Positions 28,913-38,023 are shown, numbered from the stretch's first letter. The stretch is 64,000 nt of DNA from Ignavibacteriales bacterium (GCA_037441705.1 JBBIRR010000002.1:32001-96000), one strand, 5' to 3'. The notes: generated from the sequence alone by a model not told the origin. A program made the numbers and translations.

Positions 28913-29024
28913 CGGAAGTACGTCACAATCCCGGAGGACGAGAATAATTCTTCTCGTGTGACTTCAGAATACACAAGATTGGCGAAAAAACAGCAGGACA
29001 AAAGCCGAAAACGACACCTGCGCA

Positions 29025-30389
29025 TTAGTAGTTTATTCTTACGACAAAGGACGGAACGAAATACTTCTCATATTGCCACGGGGGGAGATGTGATGAACGG
29101 TAGGACCGAAAATAGCGAAGATCGAGGCCGAGCATGTTGCTTAAGATCAGTTTCGACTTCACACCGAAATACCCATATCCATCGTCGAGGCTGTAATTGA
29201 CGGAAGTCATGATCTCAAACTGAAGCAAGCCGCCGTCGTGGGCTATGCCCAGTTCGACAAATGGGAGGAGATGCGTTTCGGTCGGCGCAACACGGGCCGG
29301 CAACTGTGTAACGGGATTGAAGCGTGCAAAGCGATGCAGGTCGTGCCACGCCAATCCTCCTCCGAGTCGGAACAGGCCAACGTTCTGCAACGAAGCCTTT
29401 GCGATGATGCTGTTGCGAACTGAATAAAAGGTGTCAGGCACGTTGCTGGCATACGCTGTCTTTTCATGAAATCCAAATGAGCCTTCAAACGTGAAGTCAA
29501 TCCGTTCGTCGGGTTGGTCGGTCAAGACATTGAGCCTCTTTTCCGGTGTCCAGGTGGCCTTCAAGAAGAAGCTTTCTCCAGATCCTTGAAGGATACGCTT
29601 CTTGAAGACGGAACTCGGGGAGAAGTCATCTTGGCGAAGGACGGAAAAGTTGTTCACGACTTCGAGCCCGGCGGTAATGCTGAACTTGTGATAGGATTGA
29701 TCAGTAACTGTGACATCATCGATATACAGTAATTCGAGGGCGGCAATGATACTTGACTTGAACCAGAAGGGTAGATTCAAATAATCGTTCCCGAGTCTCC
29801 CAACTGCAGAGATTCGCCACCATTCAAACGTGGGAGACGTTGACCATAGCATGATGCGCGGTTCTATGGGGCTCAGGAAGATATCGTAGCGCTTTCCATG
29901 AGTTGTCTCGAAACGATCTTTATATCTGCGTGACTTCAGCAAATCGTATGCTTCTTGTCCAAGTGCATCAAGAATGAGGACATAATCACGAAGTGTTCCC
30001 AGCGTGCTCACAGTACCGGGCGACTCCAGTGTAAACTCTACCAACTCAATCTCGTCGTCGTAATAACGCTTCCTGCACATGATGTGCAGATCGCCTGCTG
30101 ACGAACTCATGAGAAGGCCCTCGGTGTTGGCAATCAGCACGCGCAGGGAGTCGGCCGCCAGAGCGGTTGACGCCCGACGCTTCAGTTGTGTGAAGACTTC
30201 ACGTACAATCGCCGGGTCGGTAATGAGCCATCGTTCCTTCATGCTGTCGAAGGCGCGTGTATCAACGAGGATGCTGTCGTATAAAGAGCGCAGCTGTTCT
30301 TTTGTCTGTGCCTGCAGGGTCGATGAACTGAAGCACAGATAAACGATCAGCAAAAGCAACACAGGGGCTATCACGACGACGTGTTTCAT
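29025..30389 (-). CDS. Hypothetical exported protein, probable outer-membrane beta-barrel
   Basis: Signal peptide (LQA-Q); helical N-domain; amphipathic strands; ends FVVRINY. Confidence 0.7.
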   Translation of the reverse strand: MKHVVVIAPVLLLLIVYLCFSSSTLQAQTKEQLRSLYDSILVDTRAFDSMKERWLITDPAIVREVFTQLKRRASTALAADSLRVLIANTEGLLMSSSAGDLHIMCRKRYYDDEIELVEFTLESPGTVSTLGTLRDYVLILDALGQEAYDLLKSRRYKDRFETTHGKRYDIFLSPIEPRIMLWSTSPTFEWWRISAVGRLGNDYLNLPFWFKSSIIAALELLYIDDVTVTDQSYHKFSITAGLEVVNNFSVLRQDDFSPSSVFKKRILQGSGESFFLKATWTPEKRLNVLTDQPDERIDFTFEGSFGFHEKTAYASNVPDTFYSVRNSIIAKASLQNVGLFRLGGGLAWHDLHRFARFNPVTQLPARVAPTETHLLPFVELGIAHDGGLLQFEIMTSVNYSLDDGYGYFGVKSKLILSNMLGLDLRYFRSYRSSHLPPWQYEKYFVPSFVVRINY

Positions 30390-30391
30390 CC

Positions 30392-31912
30392 TTACAATCC
30401 AAAACGATATCGGAGCTGTAGCATCGAACCCTGTTCAACTTCCCACGGAAGAGGCGAGCGCCCAAAGACCCTTGTGAGCCAGACAAACTCCAGGCGAAGT
30501 TCGTGCGGGTCGTCGCGAAAAATCTTCAGCCAGGGATGGAGCGTCAGTCGGTTGTCGAACAGTCGCACGTTGGCTCCGAACCGGGCGACGCGCGAGTCGT
30601 GCCAGTAGCTCAACGCGATCAAGGGTTTCACTTGCGTCAGCGGCAGAATGCTGCTATACGAACGCGCACGGCCCGAGCTGTCAAGTTCCACCTCAAACAC
30701 ATTGAACGATCCGGCTCCCAAATCCAACTTCATCGTGTTGCGTTTTTCCCGCTCGAGATTCCAGTAGAAGCTGAGGTACGTCTCCCATTGAATGGTAGAA
30801 AAGTAGGCGATGTCGCGGCCTTCTGTCTTGTGCTTGATGAACGGATCGTCAAATGTCGCAGGCCCCCCTGCGTAATAGAGCGTGAGATGTGGAAGGCGTT
30901 CACTAAATGGCCTCCCCGTTCGCAATTCGATCGCTATCCCGGACGTTACATTGAGCATGCCCGGCTGAAGAGATGCAACAGGTGATGCCCGGTTCAATTT
31001 CCATCGCTCAATCCATCGGCGGGTATTTATGGGCGAGCGACCGAGAAGCCGAACATCGAAAAAGAAACTGGTATCGAGGCTTGCCCGTTCTCCTTGAAAG
31101 AATACCAGCAGGCGCCCACCCCATGCAAGGTAGGGTGACTGGTAGGCAAGGAGGCTAAGAACTCTGTCCCCGAACCCGAACTCGAGACCGAAACTCTGCA
31201 CACCGAGCCATTGCGGTTGCGATGCAAAGTCGAGCGAAAGCTTGATGGCAGACCACGTGGCGTCGATGGCGTAGGGTTCATTTCCGTGCGGGTTGCCTGC
31301 GTAGCCTGCGACGAGTCTGAGATGACGAAAGTAATTTCTGTTTCCATCGTCCACAAAAATATCCTCCTCATCCCGCCGTCGTTTCACCGTGCCTCCCAGT
31401 GGCTGGCCCTTCCCCTTCATATGATGGCGGTAGATGTCATCTACCAGTGCTGTGAATTCGGCAGGGAAATCGTTTTTCATTGCCATAAGATCACGGAGAT
31501 CGAAGATGGATCTTATGGAACTCGTGCCACTGCTTAGGCCTTGCGGTGTCCGCTCTCCGGTTCTCACAATCTCCTCAATCTCTAAAGGAACTACCGACAG
31601 CCGCAGATCGGAGAAAGAGAACTGCATCGGAAGATAAATGAAGCGGTATGTGCGTTTGATGTCAGGGCCGGTTTCGAAGAGCGAACTGTTCTCATCCCTA
31701 AAGCGCCGTTCCAGGCTGCGGTGTCGGACTGCCTTGACCGTCAACTCTTCGCCCTGCAGATCCATGAAGTAGAGTCGCGAGTAACCGGAGTCTTTCGCGA
31801 CGGTGCTCAAGATTCTCTTGTATTCCACATCCAGGGAATCCGCGAAACTTTCAGCGAGCGTCAAGCACGCAGCGAAGCAGAGCAGTATGCACCTTCGGGG
31901 AGCCATGTCCAC
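30392..31912 (-). CDS. Hypothetical exported protein, probable outer-membrane beta-barrel
   Basis: Signal peptide (SFA-D); amphipathic strands; ends LQLRYRFGL. Confidence 0.7.
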   Translation of the reverse strand: MDMAPRRCILLCFAACLTLAESFADSLDVEYKRILSTVAKDSGYSRLYFMDLQGEELTVKAVRHRSLERRFRDENSSLFETGPDIKRTYRFIYLPMQFSFSDLRLSVVPLEIEEIVRTGERTPQGLSSGTSSIRSIFDLRDLMAMKNDFPAEFTALVDDIYRHHMKGKGQPLGGTVKRRRDEEDIFVDDGNRNYFRHLRLVAGYAGNPHGNEPYAIDATWSAIKLSLDFASQPQWLGVQSFGLEFGFGDRVLSLLAYQSPYLAWGGRLLVFFQGERASLDTSFFFDVRLLGRSPINTRRWIERWKLNRASPVASLQPGMLNVTSGIAIELRTGRPFSERLPHLTLYYAGGPATFDDPFIKHKTEGRDIAYFSTIQWETYLSFYWNLEREKRNTMKLDLGAGSFNVFEVELDSSGRARSYSSILPLTQVKPLIALSYWHDSRVARFGANVRLFDNRLTLHPWLKIFRDDPHELRLEFVWLTRVFGRSPLPWEVEQGSMLQLRYRFGL

Positions 31913-31921
31913 TCAATCGGA

Positions 31922-33049
31922 TTACTGATGTGCGTAAACTCGCGCTTTGTATGTGCGACGGAATGACGTCCCAAACTGATCCCGAAACCGTATGGTCAGG
32001 GAAACCTCTGCGGGATTTCTGGCGGTGCGATCCTGGAGGTAGTCGAGGTTAGGGGCGATGACCAACACGCGCCAGGGATCGTCCGTTCGCCAACTCATGC
32101 CAGTGAGAAAGTCCGGCGGCGTACTGGCAACGGAAACGTCGCTGATCTCCGGCATGAACATCAGAAAGCTTAGTCGCTTTACCGCGTAGCTGGAGAAACG
32201 AAACTCGCGGGGATTGTATTTGTTAACGGGATTGAGATTCATCGGAATCGGCGGCAGCAGGTCAAGTCGCCCTGCAGCCTTCAGCTCATCAAATGTTGAA
32301 TCGGCCATCCACAAGGAAACATCTTCGATGCGGTTGGGGCTCTTGAGTTCGAACTGCCATACCGATTCGGATACCTCCTTGGAAATAGGATTCTGGTAAA
32401 AGAATGTACTCCCTTTATACTTTCCCTTGATGGTAATCGTCATGTTGAGGTTTTCCGGCGCGAGGCTTTTCCAGATTCGGTCAATCGGAACAAACCACCC
32501 TTGCTCGGAAAGCAGTGTTCGGTTGGCCGTTTCAACATCGTAGGAGTAAGCGGTGAGATCTTCGTGCCCCGCTGCAAAACTGAATACTGCTGCTTCACCG
32601 TACCAGTATTCAGAGTCGAGCAGAGGATAAAGCGATGGCCAGCGGACTTGAACGTGCCACTGCTCGCCATATCGGTACACCCTTTTGTCCTGTCCCTGGC
32701 CTTCGAGTATCCTCAGCACGGTAAACGTGTTGGAGAAATCGAAACGAACGCGTGAGTGAACTCTGAACTTGGGCCCGGCATCGTTGCGATTGCGCACGCT
32801 GCATTCTTGTTCTGCCGGCTGCACTTGCTGTTCCCGAGAATACACGATGAGCGTACACGTGGGAGCCGTTCGCCAGTCCCATTCCGGGTCCGACAGCGTA
32901 AAGGGCTGTCCGGCTAATACCGATAACGTGTCGCGCTGGATGAGAAGAGACAGTTCGTGTGCGCGGCGAAAATCAACCTGTTGCCCCCGCGTGAGCAATG
33001 GCGCGAGAAGCACAGCGAGCATCACACTGCTACGGCAACACGTTCTCAT
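31922..33049 (-). CDS. Hypothetical periplasmic beta-rich protein
   Basis: Signal peptide-like N-terminus; Ig-like strand pattern; ATGA overlap with the upstream gene. Confidence 0.7.
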   Translation of the reverse strand: MRTCCRSSVMLAVLLAPLLTRGQQVDFRRAHELSLLIQRDTLSVLAGQPFTLSDPEWDWRTAPTCTLIVYSREQQVQPAEQECSVRNRNDAGPKFRVHSRVRFDFSNTFTVLRILEGQGQDKRVYRYGEQWHVQVRWPSLYPLLDSEYWYGEAAVFSFAAGHEDLTAYSYDVETANRTLLSEQGWFVPIDRIWKSLAPENLNMTITIKGKYKGSTFFYQNPISKEVSESVWQFELKSPNRIEDVSLWMADSTFDELKAAGRLDLLPPIPMNLNPVNKYNPREFRFSSYAVKRLSFLMFMPEISDVSVASTPPDFLTGMSWRTDDPWRVLVIAPNLDYLQDRTARNPAEVSLTIRFRDQFGTSFRRTYKARVYAHQ

Positions 33050-33591
33050 CGTATTGGCGGCTCGATATAGTCGTACGTAACAACAACCTCCATCACTGTC
33101 GTGTCTCGTAGCGGTTTCCCTTCCAGGCCGGAAAGCAGTTCCTTCACGCAGGAAGGGAGTTTGTCAGGAAGATGCCTGCGAACTTCGCCCGTTATCTGAT
33201 AGCGAAACCTTCCTGCTTGCTTGAACTGATGGGTGATCAGACCAATGCCTGTTGCTGTGTCCGTGGTACATTGAAGCGGAGGGGCATTCCCATCAGGAAC
33301 GAACTGATACGCGATCTCTTTCCGCTCTTGTGGCGATACCAATCCGGTTGTGAATACCTGAAGTGTTGTCGTCTGAGGCTCAGTCTCAACGATCATGCTT
33401 CCCATCCGCACTCTATAGAGTTGCAACTGGACGTGCCGCGGTGCGGTGATCGCAATACCCTCGGAGAGCGAGACCGAAAGACTATCTGCAAGACGGCCAC
33501 AGGGTATTCTCCCGCCGCCTGCCGCAGGCAACAGCGACACAATAGCAACAATGTAGAGAACAAAGTAGACAATGAGGAATGACTGTCGCAT
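33046..33591 (-). CDS. Single-TM protein, GldM/PorM-like N-terminus (putative)
   Basis: MRQSFLIVYFVLYIVAIVSLL resembles the GldM RQKMINLMYLVF helix; Ig-like remainder; follows the GldL-like gene. Confidence 0.5.
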   Translation of the reverse strand: MRQSFLIVYFVLYIVAIVSLLPAAGGGRIPCGRLADSLSVSLSEGIAITAPRHVQLQLYRVRMGSMIVETEPQTTTLQVFTTGLVSPQERKEIAYQFVPDGNAPPLQCTTDTATGIGLITHQFKQAGRFRYQITGEVRRHLPDKLPSCVKELLSGLEGKPLRDTTVMEVVVTYDYIEPPIR

Positions 33592-33616
33592 GGCGTCCGA
33601 TCCCGATGTTGAGGCG

Positions 33617-33982
33617 TTAGTGAACAATCCCCTTCATATATCCGACCTTTCCCTTGATTTCGGAAAGCTGATCCATGATGGTCGGAGGTAAGTTGTTCTT
33701 GTGCGCCTGGGCGTTCAGATTCTCGACGACCGACTTCAAAGCGCTGTCGATCTCCGCGATCGTTGTGCGAAGCTCCTCCGTTTTGTTCGGCTCGCCGTTA
33801 CGAAGGAGAATAAACAAAGCTGCGAGCAAGACCAGCAGGCCCGCTTCAAGGTAGAGCGCTGAATAAACAACCCACAGTGGCATGGCATCGGGATCAATAC
33901 CGCGCATTCCGACGACAATTACCAGAAACGATGCTCCGAGAAACACAAGCCCCTGCGCAAGTCGCATCCAATCCATGGACAT
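33617..33982 (-). CDS. Two-TM protein, GldL/PorL-like (putative)
   Basis: TM1 LGASFLVIVVGMR, TM2 ALYLEAGLL with intramembrane Glu46, cytoplasmic coiled coil; AAGGAG RBS. Confidence 0.6.
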   Translation of the reverse strand: MSMDWMRLAQGLVFLGASFLVIVVGMRGIDPDAMPLWVVYSALYLEAGLLVLLAALFILLRNGEPNKTEELRTTIAEIDSALKSVVENLNAQAHKNNLPPTIMDQLSEIKGKVGYMKGIVH

Positions 33983-34150
33983 TCTCCTTGTTGTTGGATG
34001 AAGAACCGACCGGTGTTATCGGCTGAGTGTAGAAGTGCTGTCTGCAGTTCCTGACGAAACGCTCTCTCCGATCCCCTGAATCGGAGTGCCGATGGTTCAC
34101 AACGGAACCGTGCTATGAGGGCATGCGCTCGATCAGTCCTCGTGCTAGCC

Positions 34151-34179
34151 AAGCTACAAAACCCCGGGCGAAGTGTCAA
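34151..34179 (-). promoter_or_regulatory. Promoter of the GldL-like operon
   Basis: Minus strand TTGACA (34179-34174) N17 TAGCTT (34156-34151). Confidence 0.6.
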
Positions 34180-34204
34180 CACATCCGAAGCGGGGTGTTG
34201 CGCG

Positions 34205-34233
34205 TTGACATTCCCTCGCGTTTTCACTAAATT
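34205..34233 (+). promoter_or_regulatory. Promoter of tRNA-Gln/tRNA-Glu
   Basis: TTGACA-N17-TAAATT. Confidence 0.65.
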
Positions 34234-34249
34234 TTGGTGCGAAATTCAT

Positions 34250-34320
34250 TGCCCCGTCGTCTAATGGCAAGACGGCAGACTCTGGATCTGCTTATCGAGG
34301 TTCGAATCCTTGCGGGGCAG
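34250..34320 (+). tRNA. tRNA-Gln(CTG)
   Basis: TGCCCCG/CGGGGCA acceptor; GCAGA-CTCTGGA-TCTGC; GTTCGAAT. Confidence 0.96.
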
Positions 34321-34385
34321 CGAAGGCAAGGAATTGGAGTGAGGGGTTGTTGGCTCCGCCAAGAAACACCACTTCACCGTGTTAA

Positions 34386-34458
34386 GGCCCTATCGTCTAA
34401 CGGTTTAGGACGCAGCCCTCTCAAGGCTGAAATACGGGTTCGATTCCCGTTAGGGCTA
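34386..34458 (+). tRNA. tRNA-Glu(CTC)
   Basis: GGCCCTA/TAGGGCT acceptor; CAGCC-CTCTCAA-GGCTG; GTTCGAT. Confidence 0.96.
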
Positions 34459-34582
34459 CAAATAAGAGAATCTTCGAACCCGCCATCCTTCGTTGTTCTC
34501 CTCGAAGCGCTCGTTCCCAGCCCAACGCGCGTTCTGCGGCTGCTTCAGGGCGACATCCCACCATCCTTTGTTTAGCATCCCC

Positions 34583-34951
34583 TTAGCACCGGGACGCAGG
34601 CGCAGCAGTGGCGGCGAAATCAAACCCCAACACCTCACTGATCGCAGCGTTGCAGTCTCGAAGCATCATGATCATCGTTTGCCGTGACTGTGCATACCGC
34701 ACGGTAATCGGGTGTTTGTTCAGCATCGCCTGAAGCATCCTGATTCTGTTGATCTCTTCTTGCGTCAACCCGCCGCTCGATTGTTTCTTCTGATATTCCT
34801 GCGCCAGGGAAACATAGTCTGTCCGTATCCGGGTGATCTCAGGATCGCTGCGAAACGCACGCTCTGCATTCTGAAACTCTTTCACAGCCTCGGAAGATTT
34901 GACGCAGCCGATGAATTCTTCCGCAGCAAGTTGCAGTCGAATATCAATCAT
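34583..34951 (-). CDS. YlbF/YmcA (Com_YlbF) family protein
   Basis: All-helical; IKSSEAV..F..A, HP.T..Y, ISEVLGFDFA pattern; ends SRC. Confidence 0.75.
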   Translation of the reverse strand: MIDIRLQLAAEEFIGCVKSSEAVKEFQNAERAFRSDPEITRIRTDYVSLAQEYQKKQSSGGLTQEEINRIRMLQAMLNKHPITVRYAQSRQTMIMMLRDCNAAISEVLGFDFAATAAPASRC

Positions 34952-34970
34952 GAGTAGGCTCCTTGCGGTA

Positions 34971-35372
34971 TTAGCAGCATCCACCTGCCGGCTTCGTGAG
35001 TCCGGCAAAATCAAACCCTAACTTCTCGCTGATGAAGACATTCAGTTCTTTCAACATGCTCACCAGATCGTCTTGAGCCTGGAAGTAATCTTTGAGCGTC
35101 GGATGTGAGAAGAGTTGCTCTCGCAGCTGCTCAACTCGTTTGAAGTCTTCATCGGACGCTCCGCCCCAGCCCTGCGCCATCTGAACCGTTTGCTGTGCTT
35201 CTTGGAATTCCGACAAGAGCCGCCTTGCCTCCTGATCGGCCATCATGCGCTCTGTCATTTTCTCATATCTCTGAAATTGTTCTGACTGACCGATCGCCCG
35301 GCCAAGTGTTCTCGACGCGGCGAGAATTCTCGGTTCGGCTCTTGCCTCGCCTACTTCGTTGATCTGTTGCAT
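34971..35372 (-). CDS. YlbF/YmcA (Com_YlbF) family protein
   Basis: LGRAIGQSEQF, HPTLKDYFQAQ, ISEKLGFDFA; ends GGCC. Confidence 0.8.
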   Translation of the reverse strand: MQQINEVGEARAEPRILAASRTLGRAIGQSEQFQRYEKMTERMMADQEARRLLSEFQEAQQTVQMAQGWGGASDEDFKRVEQLREQLFSHPTLKDYFQAQDDLVSMLKELNVFISEKLGFDFAGLTKPAGGCC

Positions 35373-35456
35373 GTGGAACCTCGTCTGTGATTGCTTGAGT
35401 TACGCAGGAACGATCGTACCGATCTCATGATTCTGCCGCAAGATACTGATTTGTTC

Positions 35457-35666
35457 TCAGCAACATCCCGGACCGCACATCGGTCCCGCGTCGGTGCTTC
35501 GGCGGGATTTAGAACTGCCCGCCAGCGCAACGGCAGTGATGATTTGACGCGTATCCTCACAACGACACTTGGGGCATTGCGGTCGCAATCCTTTTTCCTT
35601 CTCGGCAAGCGTTGCCCATACTTCAAAGACTTCCCCGCATTCCGTGCATTGGTATTCGTAGATCAT
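35457..35666 (-). CDS. FmdB-family zinc ribbon protein
   Basis: MIYEYQCTECG..FE, CPKC, C-terminal MCGPGCC. Confidence 0.85.
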   Translation of the reverse strand: MIYEYQCTECGEVFEVWATLAEKEKGLRPQCPKCRCEDTRQIITAVALAGSSKSRRSTDAGPMCGPGCC

Positions 35667-36007
35667 AGGCTGCCACTTCCTGTTGTTACAAATTTCTCTT
35701 TCAGTGTCTCGATCAACTGGCCGATATCCGACTCTCCCATGGAAACGACCTCGCCATTGATTGCAATGATCGGGACTGCATTCCAGCCAAACGAATGAAA
35801 TACTTTCAAGATGTCTCTGTACTCTCGCATCATCTTTCCGTCGGTAAGAGTGATCACTTCGACGTTGACGTTGAGTGCTTGCTCCAGACCCTCTTTGAGC
35901 CCTTTGATCTCTTCCTCTGATTGCCCGACCGGACCGCAGCACTCGGAATTAGGCCCACAGGGAAACATAAAGGGAGCGGTGAAGAGCTTCACAATTGGTT
36001 TGTTCAT
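35663..36007 (-). CDS. ArsD-like/thioredoxin-fold Cys-rich protein
   Basis: PCGPNSECCGP; VPIIAINGEVV thioredoxin-fold C-terminus. Confidence 0.6.
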   Translation of the reverse strand: MNKPIVKLFTAPFMFPCGPNSECCGPVGQSEEEIKGLKEGLEQALNVNVEVITLTDGKMMREYRDILKVFHSFGWNAVPIIAINGEVVSMGESDIGQLIETLKEKFVTTGSGSL

Positions 36008-36020
36008 CACTGCTTCTCCA

Positions 36021-37325
36021 TCAATAAAGAATGTTGTACAGGTATCCTGCAATTACGCAGCCGACGAAACTGACGGCCACGTACAGCACGAGGACTCGCG
36101 GCTTGAAGACGCCCGAAAGCATCGCGATGGAAGGCAGCGAAAGTCCCGGCCCGCCGAGCAAATATGCAAGCGTCGCTCCGCCTCCCATGCCTTTCGACAT
36201 CAGCGCGACGGCAGTGGGTACTTCGACATACGTGCACACGTAGGCCAGCACGGCAACCACAGAAGCGATGAAGACGGAATTCAGACTTTCACCGCCCACA
36301 AAACTGACGATCAGCGACGTTGGGATGAGCACCTTGATCGCTCCGGCAATCACGACTGCAAGCACAAGATAGTAGTTGAGCTGAAGGAAGAAATCATACG
36401 CGGTCCGGATTGTTTCGCGAATCTTCTGTCCGAAGGTTCTTTGCACATCGCCTACCGGCAGGACAAAGCATGCGTTCTGGGGAGCCGACGCATCGGCAAC
36501 CACAAGCTTCCATCGACCGATTTCGTCGCGTTCAACCAGACCTGCTTCTTCGAGCTGGGCGAGTTTCGCTTGCTTATCAACGCCAATCTCTTCGATGCTC
36601 AGGCCATCGGGATTCTTCAACAGCTTCGTGCCAATCTGGAACGCAAACTTCTGCAACTCAGGAGACAGCTTCGGGGCAACAGCCATCTTCAAGAATGTGC
36701 GAAGGTGTTTATGTTTTCGCTGCCAGAATGAAAGCACCTGTCCGACACCCAGGGCTATTCCGAAGGTGGCTACAATGCGCCCGACCGCCATCCCCCAGCC
36801 GAGTACACCGGCAGTCATGAAAATGGTTGGGATGTTCAACATCGGTGCAGCGATGAGAAAGGCCATTGTTGGCCCGAGCGGTATGCCCGATTGCACCATG
36901 CCAGCCAGAACAGGCACGATGCCGCACGAGCATATGGGAATGACGGCGCCGGCTGTCGTGGCCATCATGTTGGCTTTGAAGCCACCGTAGCCCATTTTCT
37001 GTTTCACTCGTTCCCACGAGACAAATACAACAAGCGCGCCTGCAATCAGCATTCCCACAATCCAGTACTGGAACAACTCAACGAGCACCGCTGCACCTTT
37101 GATGAAAACAAACCACGCGACCTGAGGGATATTCCACGACAGCGGCGTGTCAATTTCGACGATGCGCGCTGCTTCACCGCTGATGCCCTGCGGCTGAAGA
37201 AGTCCATAGAAGAACAGCGCTTCAAAAGAGAGATCATTCATGTACACGTAGGTTACCCCGATTCCGTAGAACAGAGCAACGATGAGAAGGTAGAAGAGTT
37301 CTTTCCGATTTGGTTTTCTGAACAT
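36021..37325 (-). CDS. DUF318/ArsP-type permease with cytoplasmic insertion
   Basis: PICSCGIVP, AFLIAAP, YVCTYVEVP, LAYLLGGP. Confidence 0.85.
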   Translation of the reverse strand: MFRKPNRKELFYLLIVALFYGIGVTYVYMNDLSFEALFFYGLLQPQGISGEAARIVEIDTPLSWNIPQVAWFVFIKGAAVLVELFQYWIVGMLIAGALVVFVSWERVKQKMGYGGFKANMMATTAGAVIPICSCGIVPVLAGMVQSGIPLGPTMAFLIAAPMLNIPTIFMTAGVLGWGMAVGRIVATFGIALGVGQVLSFWQRKHKHLRTFLKMAVAPKLSPELQKFAFQIGTKLLKNPDGLSIEEIGVDKQAKLAQLEEAGLVERDEIGRWKLVVADASAPQNACFVLPVGDVQRTFGQKIRETIRTAYDFFLQLNYYLVLAVVIAGAIKVLIPTSLIVSFVGGESLNSVFIASVVAVLAYVCTYVEVPTAVALMSKGMGGGATLAYLLGGPGLSLPSIAMLSGVFKPRVLVLYVAVSFVGCVIAGYLYNILY

Positions 37326-37336
37326 AGGCGGCTCAG

Positions 37337-37591
37337 CTATTTCTGGGATAGTCGTACACTGTCGTGTTCACGTTGAATCAATTCAGAGGCAAGTTTGGAG
37401 ATATCGTCTATGGGTCGCTGCTTCACCATCTTCGCAAGCTCGATTGCCTCGGTAATCTCCTCGAGAGTGCAGCCAGCTTTGAGTGCTGCTGCGAAATGGT
37501 ATCGGAGGCAGGGCATGCAATTGCCGGCAATGGATGCGCCGACGGCGATAAGCTCCCGCGTTCGTGGGTCTATTGTTCTCTCGTTCGTCAT
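37337..37591 (-). CDS. Carboxymuconolactone decarboxylase/AhpD-like protein
   Basis: RELIAVGASIAGNCMPCLRYH. Confidence 0.85.
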   Translation of the reverse strand: MTNERTIDPRTRELIAVGASIAGNCMPCLRYHFAAALKAGCTLEEITEAIELAKMVKQRPIDDISKLASELIQREHDSVRLSQK

Positions 37592-37995
37592 GACGTCGCT
37601 GCTGTTTTCTCTTTGATGAGTTTGAGCAATTCCCGCTCCGAGACGAAGCCGACAACACACTTCCCATCTTCGCGCAAGAGCAGCCGAGCTTCAAGATTGC
37701 GCTTGTCGGCTTTGAATATCTCGGCAGTCAAGAAGGTCTTGAGAAAATTGAAGAGCGCAACGTTCTTCGGCTCATCGCGTTTGAGGTGATAGTACCCCCA
37801 CAGACCCTCTTTTTCTACGTCAACAAGTCCCGCGTGCCTGAGCACCGTGAGATGCTTGGAGACATTGTATTGAGGAACCTTGAGTGCATCCACAATCTCG
37901 CAGACGCAAAGGGGTTCCTTTGAAACAAGAAACAGATTGAGGACCCGCAACCTTGTCTCGTCGCCGAGAACCTTCAGCGCTTCACTTTCCGTCAT
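37588..37995 (-). CDS. ArsR/SmtB family regulator
   Basis: LGDETRLRVL, LCVCEI, VSKHL..L..AGLV. Confidence 0.92.
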   Translation of the reverse strand: MTESEALKVLGDETRLRVLNLFLVSKEPLCVCEIVDALKVPQYNVSKHLTVLRHAGLVDVEKEGLWGYYHLKRDEPKNVALFNFLKTFLTAEIFKADKRNLEARLLLREDGKCVVGFVSERELLKLIKEKTAATS

Positions 37996-38023
37996 CTTTT
38001 CTTAGGTTTCCTCACCGTATGCT

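Noticed and set aside
35400-35459. Selenocysteine readthrough of the TGA after ...GCC in the zinc ribbon gene
   Set aside because: No convincing bacterial SECIS hairpin, and the downstream peptide is uninformative.
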